Positions 1 through 9,477 of a DNA stretch of 64,000 nucleotides are shown here, piece after piece. Below the pieces are notes generated by a model, which ran no database searches, had not been told where the DNA came from, and saw nothing but the letters and a program-made list of their open reading frames with translations. The position numbers and the translations under genes were made by a program. Origin of the DNA: an uncultured Thermoleophilia bacterium (GTDB lineage Bacteria > Actinomycetota > Thermoleophilia > UBA2241); the NCBI GenBank assembly GCA_963715985.1, contig CAVQSP010000014.1:544001-608000 (forward strand). The letters run 5' to 3'. The stretch's first letter is position 1, and every line of letters begins with the position of its first letter.

Positions 1-2
1 CG

Positions 3-758
3 GGCTGCGCGCACCGCGGCGTGTTCGTGGCCCTGCGCCGCCTGCGCACCTTCGTCAGCGGCGACATCGGCTGCTACAGCCTCGCCGCGCTGCCGCCGTT
101 CGAGGCCATGCACTGCAGCACCTGTATGGGCGCCGGCATCAGCATGGCGCACGGCATGGCCAAGGTGCTCGACGAGGAGGCCGACCACCGCAACCGCCCG
201 GTGGCCATCATCGGCGACAGCACCTTCTTCCACTCCGGCATCACGTCACTCCTCGACATCGCCTACAACCGCAGCGACGTGCTCACCATCATCCTGGACA
301 ACCGCACCACCGCCATGACCGGCGGCCAGGAGAACCCGGGGATGGGGAAGACCCTGTCGGGCGCGCAGGCGCCGGACGTGGACATCCCCGCCCTCGTCCG
401 CGCCCTCGGCATCTCGCGAGTGAGGGAGATCGATCCGCTCAACGTGGCCGAGACGCAGGCGGTGCTCAAAGAGGAGATCGCAGCGCGCGAGCCGTCGGTG
501 GTCATCGCCACCTCGCCGTGCGTGCTGGAGTACCGCATCAAGCGCGAGGCCTACCGCGTCGACCCCGACCTCTGCACCGGCTGCAAGGTCTGCCTCAAGG
601 CGGGGTGCACGGCGCTGAGCCTGTACCTGAACGACGAGGGTGAACGGCGCGTCGAGATCGACCCCACCGCCTGCAGCGGCTGCAGCGTCTGCTCGCAGCT
701 CTGCAAGTTCGAGGCCATCATCGGTCCTGAGACCGCCGGCGGAGAGGATGCACGATGA
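3..758 (+). CDS. iorA: Indolepyruvate:ferredoxin oxidoreductase alpha subunit (5'-truncated by window edge)
   Basis: GCAHRG..., SGDIGCY, TPP motif GDSTFFHSG...DN, TAMTGGQ, C-terminal 2x CxxCxxC ferredoxin. Confidence 0.93.
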   Translation, partial: GCAHRGVFVALRRLRTFVSGDIGCYSLAALPPFEAMHCSTCMGAGISMAHGMAKVLDEEADHRNRPVAIIGDSTFFHSGITSLLDIAYNRSDVLTIILDNRTTAMTGGQENPGMGKTLSGAQAPDVDIPALVRALGISRVREIDPLNVAETQAVLKEEIAAREPSVVIATSPCVLEYRIKREAYRVDPDLCTGCKVCLKAGCTALSLYLNDEGERRVEIDPTACSGCSVCSQLCKFEAIIGPETAGGEDAR

Positions 759-1381
759 GCGCACGTCCGACCTTCAACATCCTCATCTCCGGCGTCGGCG
801 GCCAGGGCGTGGTGCTGGCCAGCTACGTGCTCAGCCGCTGCGCCCTGGCCGAGGGCTACGACGTCAAGCAGAGCGAGGTCCACGGCATGGCCCAGCGCGG
901 CGGCTGTGTGACCAGCCACCTGCGCTTCGGCGACAAGGTCTACTCGTCGCTCATCACGCCCGGCACGGTGGACGTGCTGCTCTCCTTCGAGTCCGTGGAG
1001 GCGCTCCGCTACGTGCACTGGCTGAAGCCCGGCGGCCTGCTGGTCTACAACATGACGCGCGTGAACCCGAGCACCGTCTCGTCCGGGGCCGAGGAATACC
1101 CGGAGGGCCTGGCCGAGCGCATCGCGGAGGCCTGGCCCAACGTGCGCGCCCTGGACGCCAGCGCGCTGGCCGCCGAGGCCGGCACCGTCAAGGCGGCCAA
1201 CGTCGTGATGCTGGGAGCCATGGCGAGCGCGCTGCCCTTCGCGCCCGAGACGCTCGAGGACATCATCCGCCGCTCGGTGCCTCCGAAGACGGTCGACGTG
1301 AACCTCAAGGCGTTCCAGCTCGGCCGCGCCGTGCAGTCGGGCACGAGCGACGAGGCCGTGCCGGCCGCCGCCGGCGCATGA
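755..1381 (+). CDS. iorB: Indolepyruvate:ferredoxin oxidoreductase beta subunit
   Basis: GVGGQG, SEVHGMAQRGG, ANVVMLGA; ATGA overlap with iorA. Confidence 0.93.
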   Translation: MSARPTFNILISGVGGQGVVLASYVLSRCALAEGYDVKQSEVHGMAQRGGCVTSHLRFGDKVYSSLITPGTVDVLLSFESVEALRYVHWLKPGGLLVYNMTRVNPSTVSSGAEEYPEGLAERIAEAWPNVRALDASALAAEAGTVKAANVVMLGAMASALPFAPETLEDIIRRSVPPKTVDVNLKAFQLGRAVQSGTSDEAVPAAAGA

Positions 1382-1475
1382 CGGCGAAGTCCGGCGGGCG
1401 GCCGCAGGTGCAGCCGCATCACGATAGCACCGGCCACCGCGTGGGCCGCAGACTGAGCGAAAGGACACCGCCGCC

Positions 1476-2100
1476 ATGAAGAGCACCACCTGGCAGGACG
1501 ACCACCCCTGGACCCACATCGACTGGGAGTTGAACGACGTCACCCCGTACCAGCTCAACTGGTTCTGGTGCAACATGGAGAAGGGCGACTACCTCTGGCA
1601 CCCCAACCAGCACAAGGGCTTCGAGTGGTGGATCAGCCTGGAGGAGGCCGGCGGCCCTCTCGGCAGCGTCCACATCGCGCCGCAGACGTGGAACGACGGC
1701 GTCAAGATCCGCCCGTACATCAAGTTCCCGCAGGCTTGAGGACGTCCCCGCCGAGATCAGGGACCTCATCAAGTACGACCACGTCGTCATCGCCGGCGCG
1801 ATCAGCATCCTCGGCGACAACGTGAAGCCCGACGATCCTGTGCTCGGCTACCGCGTGCACCAGTGGCAGAAGAGCGACAACGGCTGCGTCGGCATGTCCT
1901 CGGCCGTAGAGGCCAAGGAGAACGCGGCCGACGACGGGCTCATCTGGGCCGCTCACGCCAACGAGGAGGTCGGCAACTGGGAGGTCTTCCTGCCGACGCT
2001 CGTGCGCCTCTACCGAGTGATCACGGATCCCGAGATCGCCCCGTACTACTCCTTCCGGGTGGAGGGCGTGGGTCGCGAGGCGCGGTACGCAGAGCTCTGA
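1476..2100 (+). CDS. Short divergent DAPG-hydrolase (PhlG/phloretin hydrolase) family protein; frameshift near 1737
   Basis: VTPYQLNWFW, YLWHPNQH, C-terminal AAHANEE...FLPTL; ORFs 1476-1739 and ~1738-2100 join. Confidence 0.65.
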
Positions 2101-2234
2101 GAGACAAAGCGCCTGCAGCCAGCAGGAGGCGGCGACCGACAACGGAAGCTGCGGCGCCGTCGGCAAGCAGGAGGCGATGGGTGTGACCTGCAACGTGTCC
2201 CGATCCTGTAGAGGCCGGTGACTGGGGGTATGCG

Positions 2235-3104
2235 ATGCTGAAGTTCATGCTGGCCAGCCGGAGCAAGCCGGAGCACACGAAGGAGCGTTACTACTTCGAG
2301 TGGGGCATCATCCACGTCGCCCTGATGGTGACCACCCCCACGGTGGTGTCGACCTTTCGCCGGTACGCCCAGCACTTCGTCCCGGATGGGCTCGACGGAG
2401 ACAGACTGCTCTTCCCGTTCTCTGAGATGGGCTGGGAGAACATGGCCGACCACTGGCTCGAGACCTGGGACGACCTCGTCCTCCCGTTCAAGTCCGACGA
2501 CTATCCCAACCGCATGCAGCCGCACAACTTCGGCGACAGCACCTTCGACCTGCAGCTGATGACCGGGGAGGAGCTGTACGCGGACGACGGGTACTACGCC
2601 GGCGGCGTGAAGCTGGTGCACTTCCTGCACCGGCGGCCGGACATCAGCCTGGAGGACTTCAAGGCGAAGTACCGCGCGCACGCCGAGCTGCTGCTGGCGG
2701 AGGGCGTGGGCCGGGGGCTGGTGCGCAAGTGCGTGCAGAACACCGAGACGCAGGGCGACCCCAAGTACTTCAAGGGGACGCTGTTCGAGCTCGGTGGGGT
2801 GAACACGTACTCCGGGGTCGAAGAACTGTGGTTCGACGACGTGGGCGCCGTCTATGAGTTCTGCGGCGACCCTGAACGGCGGGCTGCCCTGCTGGAGAGC
2901 TACGCCGGCTTCGCCGACGAGCAGACCTACTCCATGGTGACGACCGAGCGCGTGGTGTTCGACTGGGTCACTCCGGGCCACATCAGTCCGCAGCCGGCGG
3001 TGCTGCAGGAGGGCACCCTGGAGGCCGCGATCGACGGGCAAGGCTACAGAGGCTGGAGCGTACCCGGGTGGGAGAAGCGGACACGCCAGAACCGCTCGAC
3101 GTGA
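2235..3104 (+). CDS. Duplicated EthD-domain (dimeric alpha+beta barrel) protein
   Basis: KFMLASRSKP...YFEWGIIHVAL...RRYAQH and KLVHFLHRRPDISLEDF...AHAELL...VQN...GVEELWFDD. Confidence 0.75.
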   Translation: MLKFMLASRSKPEHTKERYYFEWGIIHVALMVTTPTVVSTFRRYAQHFVPDGLDGDRLLFPFSEMGWENMADHWLETWDDLVLPFKSDDYPNRMQPHNFGDSTFDLQLMTGEELYADDGYYAGGVKLVHFLHRRPDISLEDFKAKYRAHAELLLAEGVGRGLVRKCVQNTETQGDPKYFKGTLFELGGVNTYSGVEELWFDDVGAVYEFCGDPERRAALLESYAGFADEQTYSMVTTERVVFDWVTPGHISPQPAVLQEGTLEAAIDGQGYRGWSVPGWEKRTRQNRST

Positions 3105-4247
3105 CGCAGGCGGGTCCTGCCGGGAGTCCGCCGCCCGCCGGTGCCGGTGACGCGCGTCCCGCGGGCCAGTCCGAGCTCAGCGGGGGTCGCGCAGACGCTT
3201 TCGCCGCGGTGCTCATGGCGTTCGTGGCCCTGCAGACCGTGGGCATCGCGCTCATCCCGGTGGTCACGCCGTTCCTGAAGGACCACTACCAGCTGAGTGA
3301 CGCGCAGATCGGTCTGCTCACCTCTGCGTTCGCTCTTGCGGTCGCGCTCACGTCGATCCCCATGGGCCTGGCCACGGCACGGTGGGGCGGCCGGACGCTG
3401 CTCATCGCGGCCGCCCTCTTCCTGGCCGGGAGCCTCGTGTTCGCCGCCGCCGACTCCTAATCTGGTTTCTGGTGGGTCGCTTCATCCAGGGCATGGGCGC
3501 CGGGACAGGCCTCGGCACGGTCGGCACGCTGCTCATCATGCCGAGCATCGCCGCAGCCGGCGGGTACCACGCCGTGTTCATCGCGGCGGCGGTCTTCGGC
3601 GTCGCGCTCGCGGCGGCGGCGGTCTCACTCAGGGCCCTGCGGTCGCGGCCGGCGTGGAGCGACGCCCAGACCGTCGGCGCACTGATGCGCGCGCTCGGCA
3701 GGGCGGCCCTCAACCCGGGCGTCCTCGTGATGGCCGTGATGAACCTGACCGTCGTGGCCGTGGTGGTCGGCGTGCTCACGTGGACGCCGCAGTTCCTGCA
3801 CGACATGCACGGCGCATCGCTGGCTGTGGCGGCGTATCTCACCGCCACCATCGGTCTCTCGCAGACGGTGGGCAACCCGGCCGGTGCTGGAGCCATGACA
3901 CGCTGGGGCAAGAACGCAGTGCTCGTCGTCGGCTTGGGGCTGCTGGCCGTCTCGACGGCGCTCGTCCCCCTGGGTCCGGGGATCGTCGCGACCTTCATCG
4001 CGGTCATCGTGACCACGTTCCTTGCGGGAGCGATGCTGCCGCCCAGCCTCGCCATCGTCGCCGACGTGGCTCACGGCAACGAGGCGGTGGGCGCTGTCAC
4101 CGGTCTCATCGGCCTGTTCAACGTGGTCGGCTCGATGATCGCGCCTTGGATGTTCGGCGTGCTGCTGGACACGTACGGCACGGCGCCTGCTACCTCACGG
4201 CTCTGGTGAGTCCAGCCGTTCGGAGACCTCCGCGGCGGTCTTCTTGA
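3101..4247 (+). pseudogene. MFS transporter, frameshifted with an apparent internal deletion (3' end approximate)
   Basis: TM helices, G-x3-ARWGGR motif A, GRFIQGMGAG; stop at 3458; the TM4-TM5 segment appears to be missing. Confidence 0.7.
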
Positions 4248-4440
4248 CCGCTGCCGCGTGCCGGCGCATCTCGGCTTCGCTGGACCGCTCGACGGGACGA
4301 CGACATCCCCGAGCACGGATCGACCTGCGATCTCGCCACATCGCCACGGAGTGCAGGCAGGAGCCGCTACGCCTGATCCCGGAAGCGCGCACTTGGGGCG
4401 GCAGGCTCAATGACGCGGGCGCCACCCTTACTGCATGAGA

Positions 4441-4474
4441 AGGGGCCCGCTGCCCTTGCGGGCAGCGGGCCCCT
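4441..4474. terminator. GC-rich hairpin between convergent genes
   Basis: aggggcccgctgccc-ttgc-gggcagcgggcccct, perfect 15-bp stem. Confidence 0.7.
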
Positions 4475-4505
4475 CTCGCGCCAGGGCAAGCCGTGGCGCG
4501 GTCTC

Positions 4506-4718
4506 TCAGACCGGCGGCCTGGACTTGGACGGAATGATCAACAAGATGATGATCGTTATCAGCGGGAAGAAGATCGCCAAGATGACCCAGAGGAGCGGAC
4601 TGCGACCCTTGCTCGCGGCGAGCAAGAACGTGAAGTAGATGAAGAGCATCCAGAAGACGATTGCGATGATCCACCACATCCACATCCAGAATGTGGTCGC
4701 CGCTATGACTCCGAGCAT
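4506..4718 (-). CDS. Small (70 aa) two-TM membrane protein
   Basis: MLGVIAATTFWMWMWW...AASKGRSPLLWVILAIFFPLITIIILLIIP; the KGRS..W..L motif is common in small membrane proteins; G-rich RBS. Confidence 0.7.
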   Translation of the reverse strand: MLGVIAATTFWMWMWWIIAIVFWMLFIYFTFLLAASKGRSPLLWVILAIFFPLITIIILLIIPSKSRPPV

Positions 4719-5063
4719 ACGTACCCCCCGACTACGAACCTTCATGACGCACGAAACATACTCACACCTGTGGCTGCTTTGGCAAGGATGACGTGCCAGA
4801 GCGAGTTGCCGGGAACGCTCACACGGACGCCGTTGCCACCGCGTCGCAGCAGCGGCTCCCTTGCTGGCACCCCGGAGCCTCCTCTGCGGTGAGGGCCTGC
4901 CGGCAGCAGAAGGGCGGCCCGTAGGTGCGATGCTCACGGGCCGCCCGAAAGATGAAACGGACGGCGAGGGGGGACGCCGCGGGTCAGCCTTGGAGGCAAC
5001 TCGTCGTCAAGGGGCCGGGCGGGCCCGATCAGTCGTGAGCGCCGGCGCCGCTATTGCGCGCGA

Positions 5064-5505
5064 CTACTCGGCCAGCGGCAAGATCGCTTGGAACGTGGGG
5101 CTCTCGAAGACCTTGCCGAGGCAGGCGCCGCTCTCCTGGAGCTTGGCCTTGCCCACCGAGTAGCAGACGCAGAACGCGACTTCCATGAGCTCCTCGTCGG
5201 TCGCGCCGGCCGCCTTGGCGTTGCACGCCTGCGGCAGCACGCCGTCCCCCAGTGGCCGTTCATCATGGAGAGGCCCACGAGCAGCGGGTAGCGCGTCTTG
5301 GGCTCGAGGATACCCCGGTCGAGCTGACCGGTGAGTCGGCTCTGCGCGAACGCGTGCAGCATGTCCGACCTGTTCTTGACCGAGAAGTCCAGGCTGGGAT
5401 CGTCCGCCGGCTTGCCGTACCCCGGCCGCTGCTTGGCCCACGACGCGAGGACCTCCTCGGCGGCCGTCCGCGCGTACGGTTCCGTTCGGGTCCGGTGCCG
5501 GTTGG
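5064..5505 (-). CDS. Carboxymuconolactone decarboxylase/AhpD-like protein; frameshift near 5250, start codon not visible
   Basis: GILEPKTRYPLLVGL...ACNAKAAGATDEELMEVAF; GAGGAG RBS near 5510 but no ATG after it. Confidence 0.6.
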
Positions 5506-5582
5506 GTACTCCTCGCAGCAGTGCCGGTGCGTTCGACCGGCGAGCAGCGCGGATCGGTCGGTCGTGTGGAAAGGAGCGCGAG

Positions 5583-5978
5583 ATGTCAGGCTGGGAGCAG
5601 GTCGCCGGGAGCGGCGAGAACGACCCCATCAAGCTCGCTGAGAGCGGAGAGAAGCAGCAGTGGTCCTTTCACGGCCACGTCTTCGAGTTCGAGTGCCGGC
5701 TCGCGCCGCACAAGTACCAGATGATCCCCAACGGCGTGCAGCTCGAAGTGAGCATCGCGGAGACGGCCGGCGGTGACCCGGCGAAGCCGATCGCGTGCAC
5801 GGAAGTGGCGACCCAGGGCGGTGAGGGAGCGGAGGTCGTGAGCGACTTCGACGAGTGGGCCCGGATCAACGCCCAGGCGAAGGTCAGGGAGATCTTCGCG
5901 TATGCCGGCAAGTGGGTGCTGGCACTCGAAGAGCTGGAGCGTATGGCGAACCCCGAGGCGCCGGCGGGAGAGGCCTAG
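5583..5978 (+). CDS. Hypothetical protein (131 aa)
   Basis: AAGGAG RBS at 5571; acidic globular composition; GC3-biased codons. Confidence 0.7.
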   Translation: MSGWEQVAGSGENDPIKLAESGEKQQWSFHGHVFEFECRLAPHKYQMIPNGVQLEVSIAETAGGDPAKPIACTEVATQGGEGAEVVSDFDEWARINAQAKVREIFAYAGKWVLALEELERMANPEAPAGEA

Positions 5979-6454
5979 CTCGTCGGGCTCTCCTGCTGCT
6001 GGCGAAGTACAGGAGTGCATACGTAAGTGTGTCGCCGAGGCGGGCCCTCGAGGCCGAACGGTCAGCGCGGAACAGGCCTGTCGAGTGATCGGCAGAAGCA
6101 CCGTCGAACAGGTCGGGCAGGAACAGGGATGCGAACCTCTGGGGAGCGTGTGATCGTCCGCGCGGACGTACCTCCACGGGGCACTGACGAACACGCCGTG
6201 GGCACCCCTTGCTGCGCGTGGACGTTGTCGGGAACACGGCTCCGCGCAGCTCGGACGATCCCGATCATCTCAGCCCGCGCCCTACAGGAGTCGTGTTGGA
6301 GCTCAGCGACGTCGAGTCGATCCGCGTGCCGGACGCGTCGGACGTCGTCGGCGAGGCCATCGGCGTGCTCACTCGCCGGTCCAGCGGGCCGAGTGCGCGA
6401 TGTCTCTCGAGCAAGTGGGAGCCGCAGACCGGCGTGGGCTCCCCTTTCGAGACG

Positions 6455-7668
6455 CTACTGAACGACCACGGTCCCGTGGTGGCACTGCGGACCCATCCAG
6501 CACTGCCATTCGTAGGAGCCGGGGGCCAGGCCGCTGGAGTGCCAGGTCAACGGGTCGGGATAAGCCCTGGTCTTGGTCAAGTCGCTCGCCGTCGTGAAGA
6601 AGATGGTCCTCCAGCACAGCATCCTGGCGCCGGTGAAGACGATGTCTACCGGCTTGTTCGCGGGCACCGTCGTCGTCGAGTCGAGGGGGTCCGAGTCGAT
6701 CGTCACTTGCTGGGCGGTCCGTCGACCACCAGCGTGCCGTAGTGGCAATCGTCCATCCAGCACTTCCAGGCGTAGCGCCCGTAGTCCAGGCCGGCCGTGT
6801 GCCAGATGAGGGGATCGGCGCTCGACTGCGCGAAGACACGGGAGTCGAACGCGATGCTCCGGTTGCAGCCCATGCCCTGGTCTGAGACGTCGCCGAAAGA
6901 GATGTCCGCCGGCAGGTACGGCAGGGCGTGCGTGTCGGCGTGGGAGGTCTGGGCGATGTCGATGTGCTGGGCGACGACCAGGCAGCCGGTGCCCCACTTG
7001 GGCATCGCGTCGCGCATCCAGTCGTAGCGCCCGGGGCGCAGACCCGAGGTGCGCCAGACCAGCCCGTCGGCGCTCACCTGCTCGAAGTCGCCCCAGATGA
7101 AGTGCGCGGCGCCGTTCTTCTTGGGGTCGTTGGAGGCCCAGTCGGCGGGGGTGCTGAACACGATCTCGAGCGGCGTGTCCGCGGGGGCCACGGTGTCCCG
7201 GAGCGCCGCCGTCAGCCACCCGTTGACGTTGGAGTCGATGGAGATGCGAAGAGCGGCCGGCTGGACGTCGAAGCGCGTCAGGGCGGACCTCTTCACGAGC
7301 TTGCCACCGCGATACTGGAACGCGCGGACGGCGTGTTCGCCCTCCGTCGGCACGGTGATCCGGCACGTGTACGCGGTCCCAGACGCGCCGTCGGGCGCCT
7401 TGGAGAGCGTGGCGCGGCACGTATCGATGACGTTCCACTGCCCGTCCGTGAGCTTGTACAGCTTGACGTCCACCGTGGCGCGAGACGACGTGGCCGACTT
7501 GGGCTTGATCACCCCGGAGACGTCGAAGGGTGCGCCTGCGACGGGCTCGGCCGAGACCTCCGGCTGGCTCACCGCGTAGGTGATCTTGGCGTTCGCCACC
7601 CCGGGCAGGCCGACGAAGAACGCCAGCACGAGTGCCGCCAGCAGCAGTCGCTTCACGGGACGTGACAT
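6455..7668 (-). CDS. Secreted protein with three tandem cupredoxin-like domains; frameshift near 6716
   Basis: Signal peptide MSRPVKRLLLAALVLAFFVGLPGVANA; repeats LxWxxxGLxxGxYxWxCWMxxxCHxGTxVV; GGGAGG RBS. Confidence 0.6.
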
Positions 7669-7720
7669 GGTTTCCCTCCCAACGTCGCGGCGCCGAGCGT
7701 GGCCCCGGCGCCTCCCCGGC

Positions 7721-7765
7721 GTCATAGTACATTATGTATAGGCGCACTTATAGCATTCTATGTAG
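7721..7765 (-). promoter_or_regulatory. AT-rich promoter region with TAGAAT/TATAAG -10-like boxes and a TACA-N3-TGTA palindrome (7728-7738)
   Basis: Only AT-rich patch upstream of the cupredoxin-like gene. Confidence 0.45.
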
Positions 7766-7923
7766 ATCCGTGCCGCCTGGCGTCATTGGCAGCCGCACTC
7801 GGCCGGCCCGCTGCCCGGAATCCTCGCCTCGATGGGCAGCCCGGGCGGCGCCGAGGACCGCCGCGGAGAGCGGCACGGCGACGATCATGGCCGAGATGCT
7901 GGAGAGGGAGCGCTTCCTGCAAC

Positions 7924-8030
7924 GGACTACCGTGCCTGGCGCCGCCTCGTCCTCGCGCACTATCGCGGTGATGGCGTCCTTGAACGGGGCCAGTTGGGAG
8001 CCCCCGGCGCTGCCTGCGCGGCGGCTGGGC
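7924..8030 (-). mobile_element. Possible IS21-family IstA transposase remnant
   Basis: RRAGSAGGSQLAPFKDAITAIVREDEAAPGTVV resembles the IstA N-terminal S-K-L-x-P-F-K-x-x-I...P-x-T-V segment; no IRs or istB found. Confidence 0.35.
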
Positions 8031-8114
8031 AAGTCCGGCAGACTCCCGCCGCCCGCTCTTTCTGACGCAGGGTGGCGCAAGCCTTCCCGCGGCGCCGGCG
8101 CGCGTGCGAGGCCG

Positions 8115-9048
8115 TCAGGGTGCCGCGTCTGGCGGAACCGGCGGGCCTTCGCTCCACGAGCCGGTCGATGAGGCGCGGTAGTCGTCCAGCCGCCCGGTGA
8201 CATCGCCCTGACACCGGTACGCCGCCTCCACGGCGAGGAAGAGGAAGACGTGCGTCAGCATGATGTCGCGCTGGTCGTACTGGTCGTCCCAGGCCGCGCG
8301 CATGGCGACCTGCTCGATGGCGCCGTAGAGGCTGTAGGCCATGAGCTCGTCGGAGACCGGGGGAGAGGCTGGCCTGGGCCGCAGCGCGGCGAGGTCGGCG
8401 GCGGGCCCGGCGGCGATGAGGCGCAAGCGCCTCCTGCACGGCGGCGCGGGTCTCCGCGTCTTCCTGAAGGGCCTCCGCGCGCGCCAGGCCGAGCAGGTCG
8501 GGGCTCAGGCGCTGCAGGCCCCAGAACGCGTAGGTCCGCATGATGAGCCGCACGACGGGGTCGGGCTCCTGCGCCAGCGGCGGCTCGATGAGGCCGCTCA
8601 TCCAGCGCACGAACACGTTGAACGACTCGATGAACAGCTGCCGCTTGGTGGCGAATTGCGTGTAGAACAGCGGAGGCGTGACGCCGGCCTCCGTGATGAT
8701 GTCGGCGAGGCGGGTGCGTTTGTACCCCTTGCGCGCGAACTGGCGCGCCGCCGCCTGCAGGATCGCGGCGCGCGTCTCCGCGGCGCGCCGCGCCACGAGG
8801 TCGGGCTCGGCCGCGGTCTGGCGCTCGAGGAGCGGGCGGATGCTCGTCTTGATGGCCTCGAGGTCGGCGCCGGCGTGCTTGAGCCGGCGGATCTCCCCGA
8901 GCAGCTCGACGTGCACATCGCTGTAGAGGGCGCGGCTGGCGGCGGCCTTCTGGGCGGCCGGCAGCAGGCCCTCGCGCACGTAGAAGTAGATCGTGCTGCG
9001 CGGCGTGCTCGTGGCCGCTTCGAGCTCCGTGATCGTGAGCGCCTTCAC
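8115..9048 (-). CDS. MerR-HTH + TetR fusion transcriptional regulator #1; frameshifts near 8425 and 8175
   Basis: LTITELE...RSTIYFYVREGLLP...RALY (MerR) followed by TRAAILQAAARQFARKGY..TRLADI...FYTQFATKRQLF (TetR). Confidence 0.85.
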
Positions 9049-9098
9049 CGCGATCTCCCTCCGGCGGCGGCTTCTGCGTGACCCGGGTCACGGCGACA

Positions 9099-9128
9099 TT
9101 GACAGGACGGACCGCGTAACTCTAGCAT
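9099..9128 (+). promoter_or_regulatory. Sigma70-type promoter of the flavoprotein/hydrolase operon
   Basis: TTGACA-N18-TAGCAT, followed by AT-rich ATGTATAGtccTATAGCA. Confidence 0.5.
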
Positions 9129-9222
9129 ACGAACCAGTGATGTATAGTCCTATAGCAGAGGTCGCTGCTCTGGTGGATGGACCGTCTGCGTGGATGCTCG
9201 AGCGGGGAGGTCCGGGTCTGCC

Positions 9223-9477
9223 ATGAACACCGTGACGATCGACTTCGAGGCGTGCACCGGCTGCAAGACGTGCTACCTGGCCTGCTTCGCCGACGTCATC
9301 CGCTGGGACGCCGAGGCCAAGCGGCCCATCGTCGCGTACCCGGAGGACTGCGTGCGCTGCAACGTCTGCGAGATCAACTGCAAGGATGAGGCGATCAACG
9401 TGGTCGCCGACTGGGACATGGACTTCCCGCCGGTCATCGAGCGCGGCTTCCCGTACACGGTAGGAGGCAAGCGATGA
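9223..9477 (+). CDS. 2x[4Fe-4S] ferredoxin, AprB-like
   Basis: CTGCKTCYLAC...YPEDCVRCNVCEINC; ATGA overlap with the next gene. Confidence 0.88.
   Translation: MNTVTIDFEACTGCKTCYLACFADVIRWDAEAKRPIVAYPEDCVRCNVCEINCKDEAINVVADWDMDFPPVIERGFPYTVGGKR

Noticed and set aside
5980-6450. ORFs or ncRNA in the 470-bp gap
   Set aside because: No consistent codon bias, RBS or recognisable RNA motif; possibly degraded sequence.
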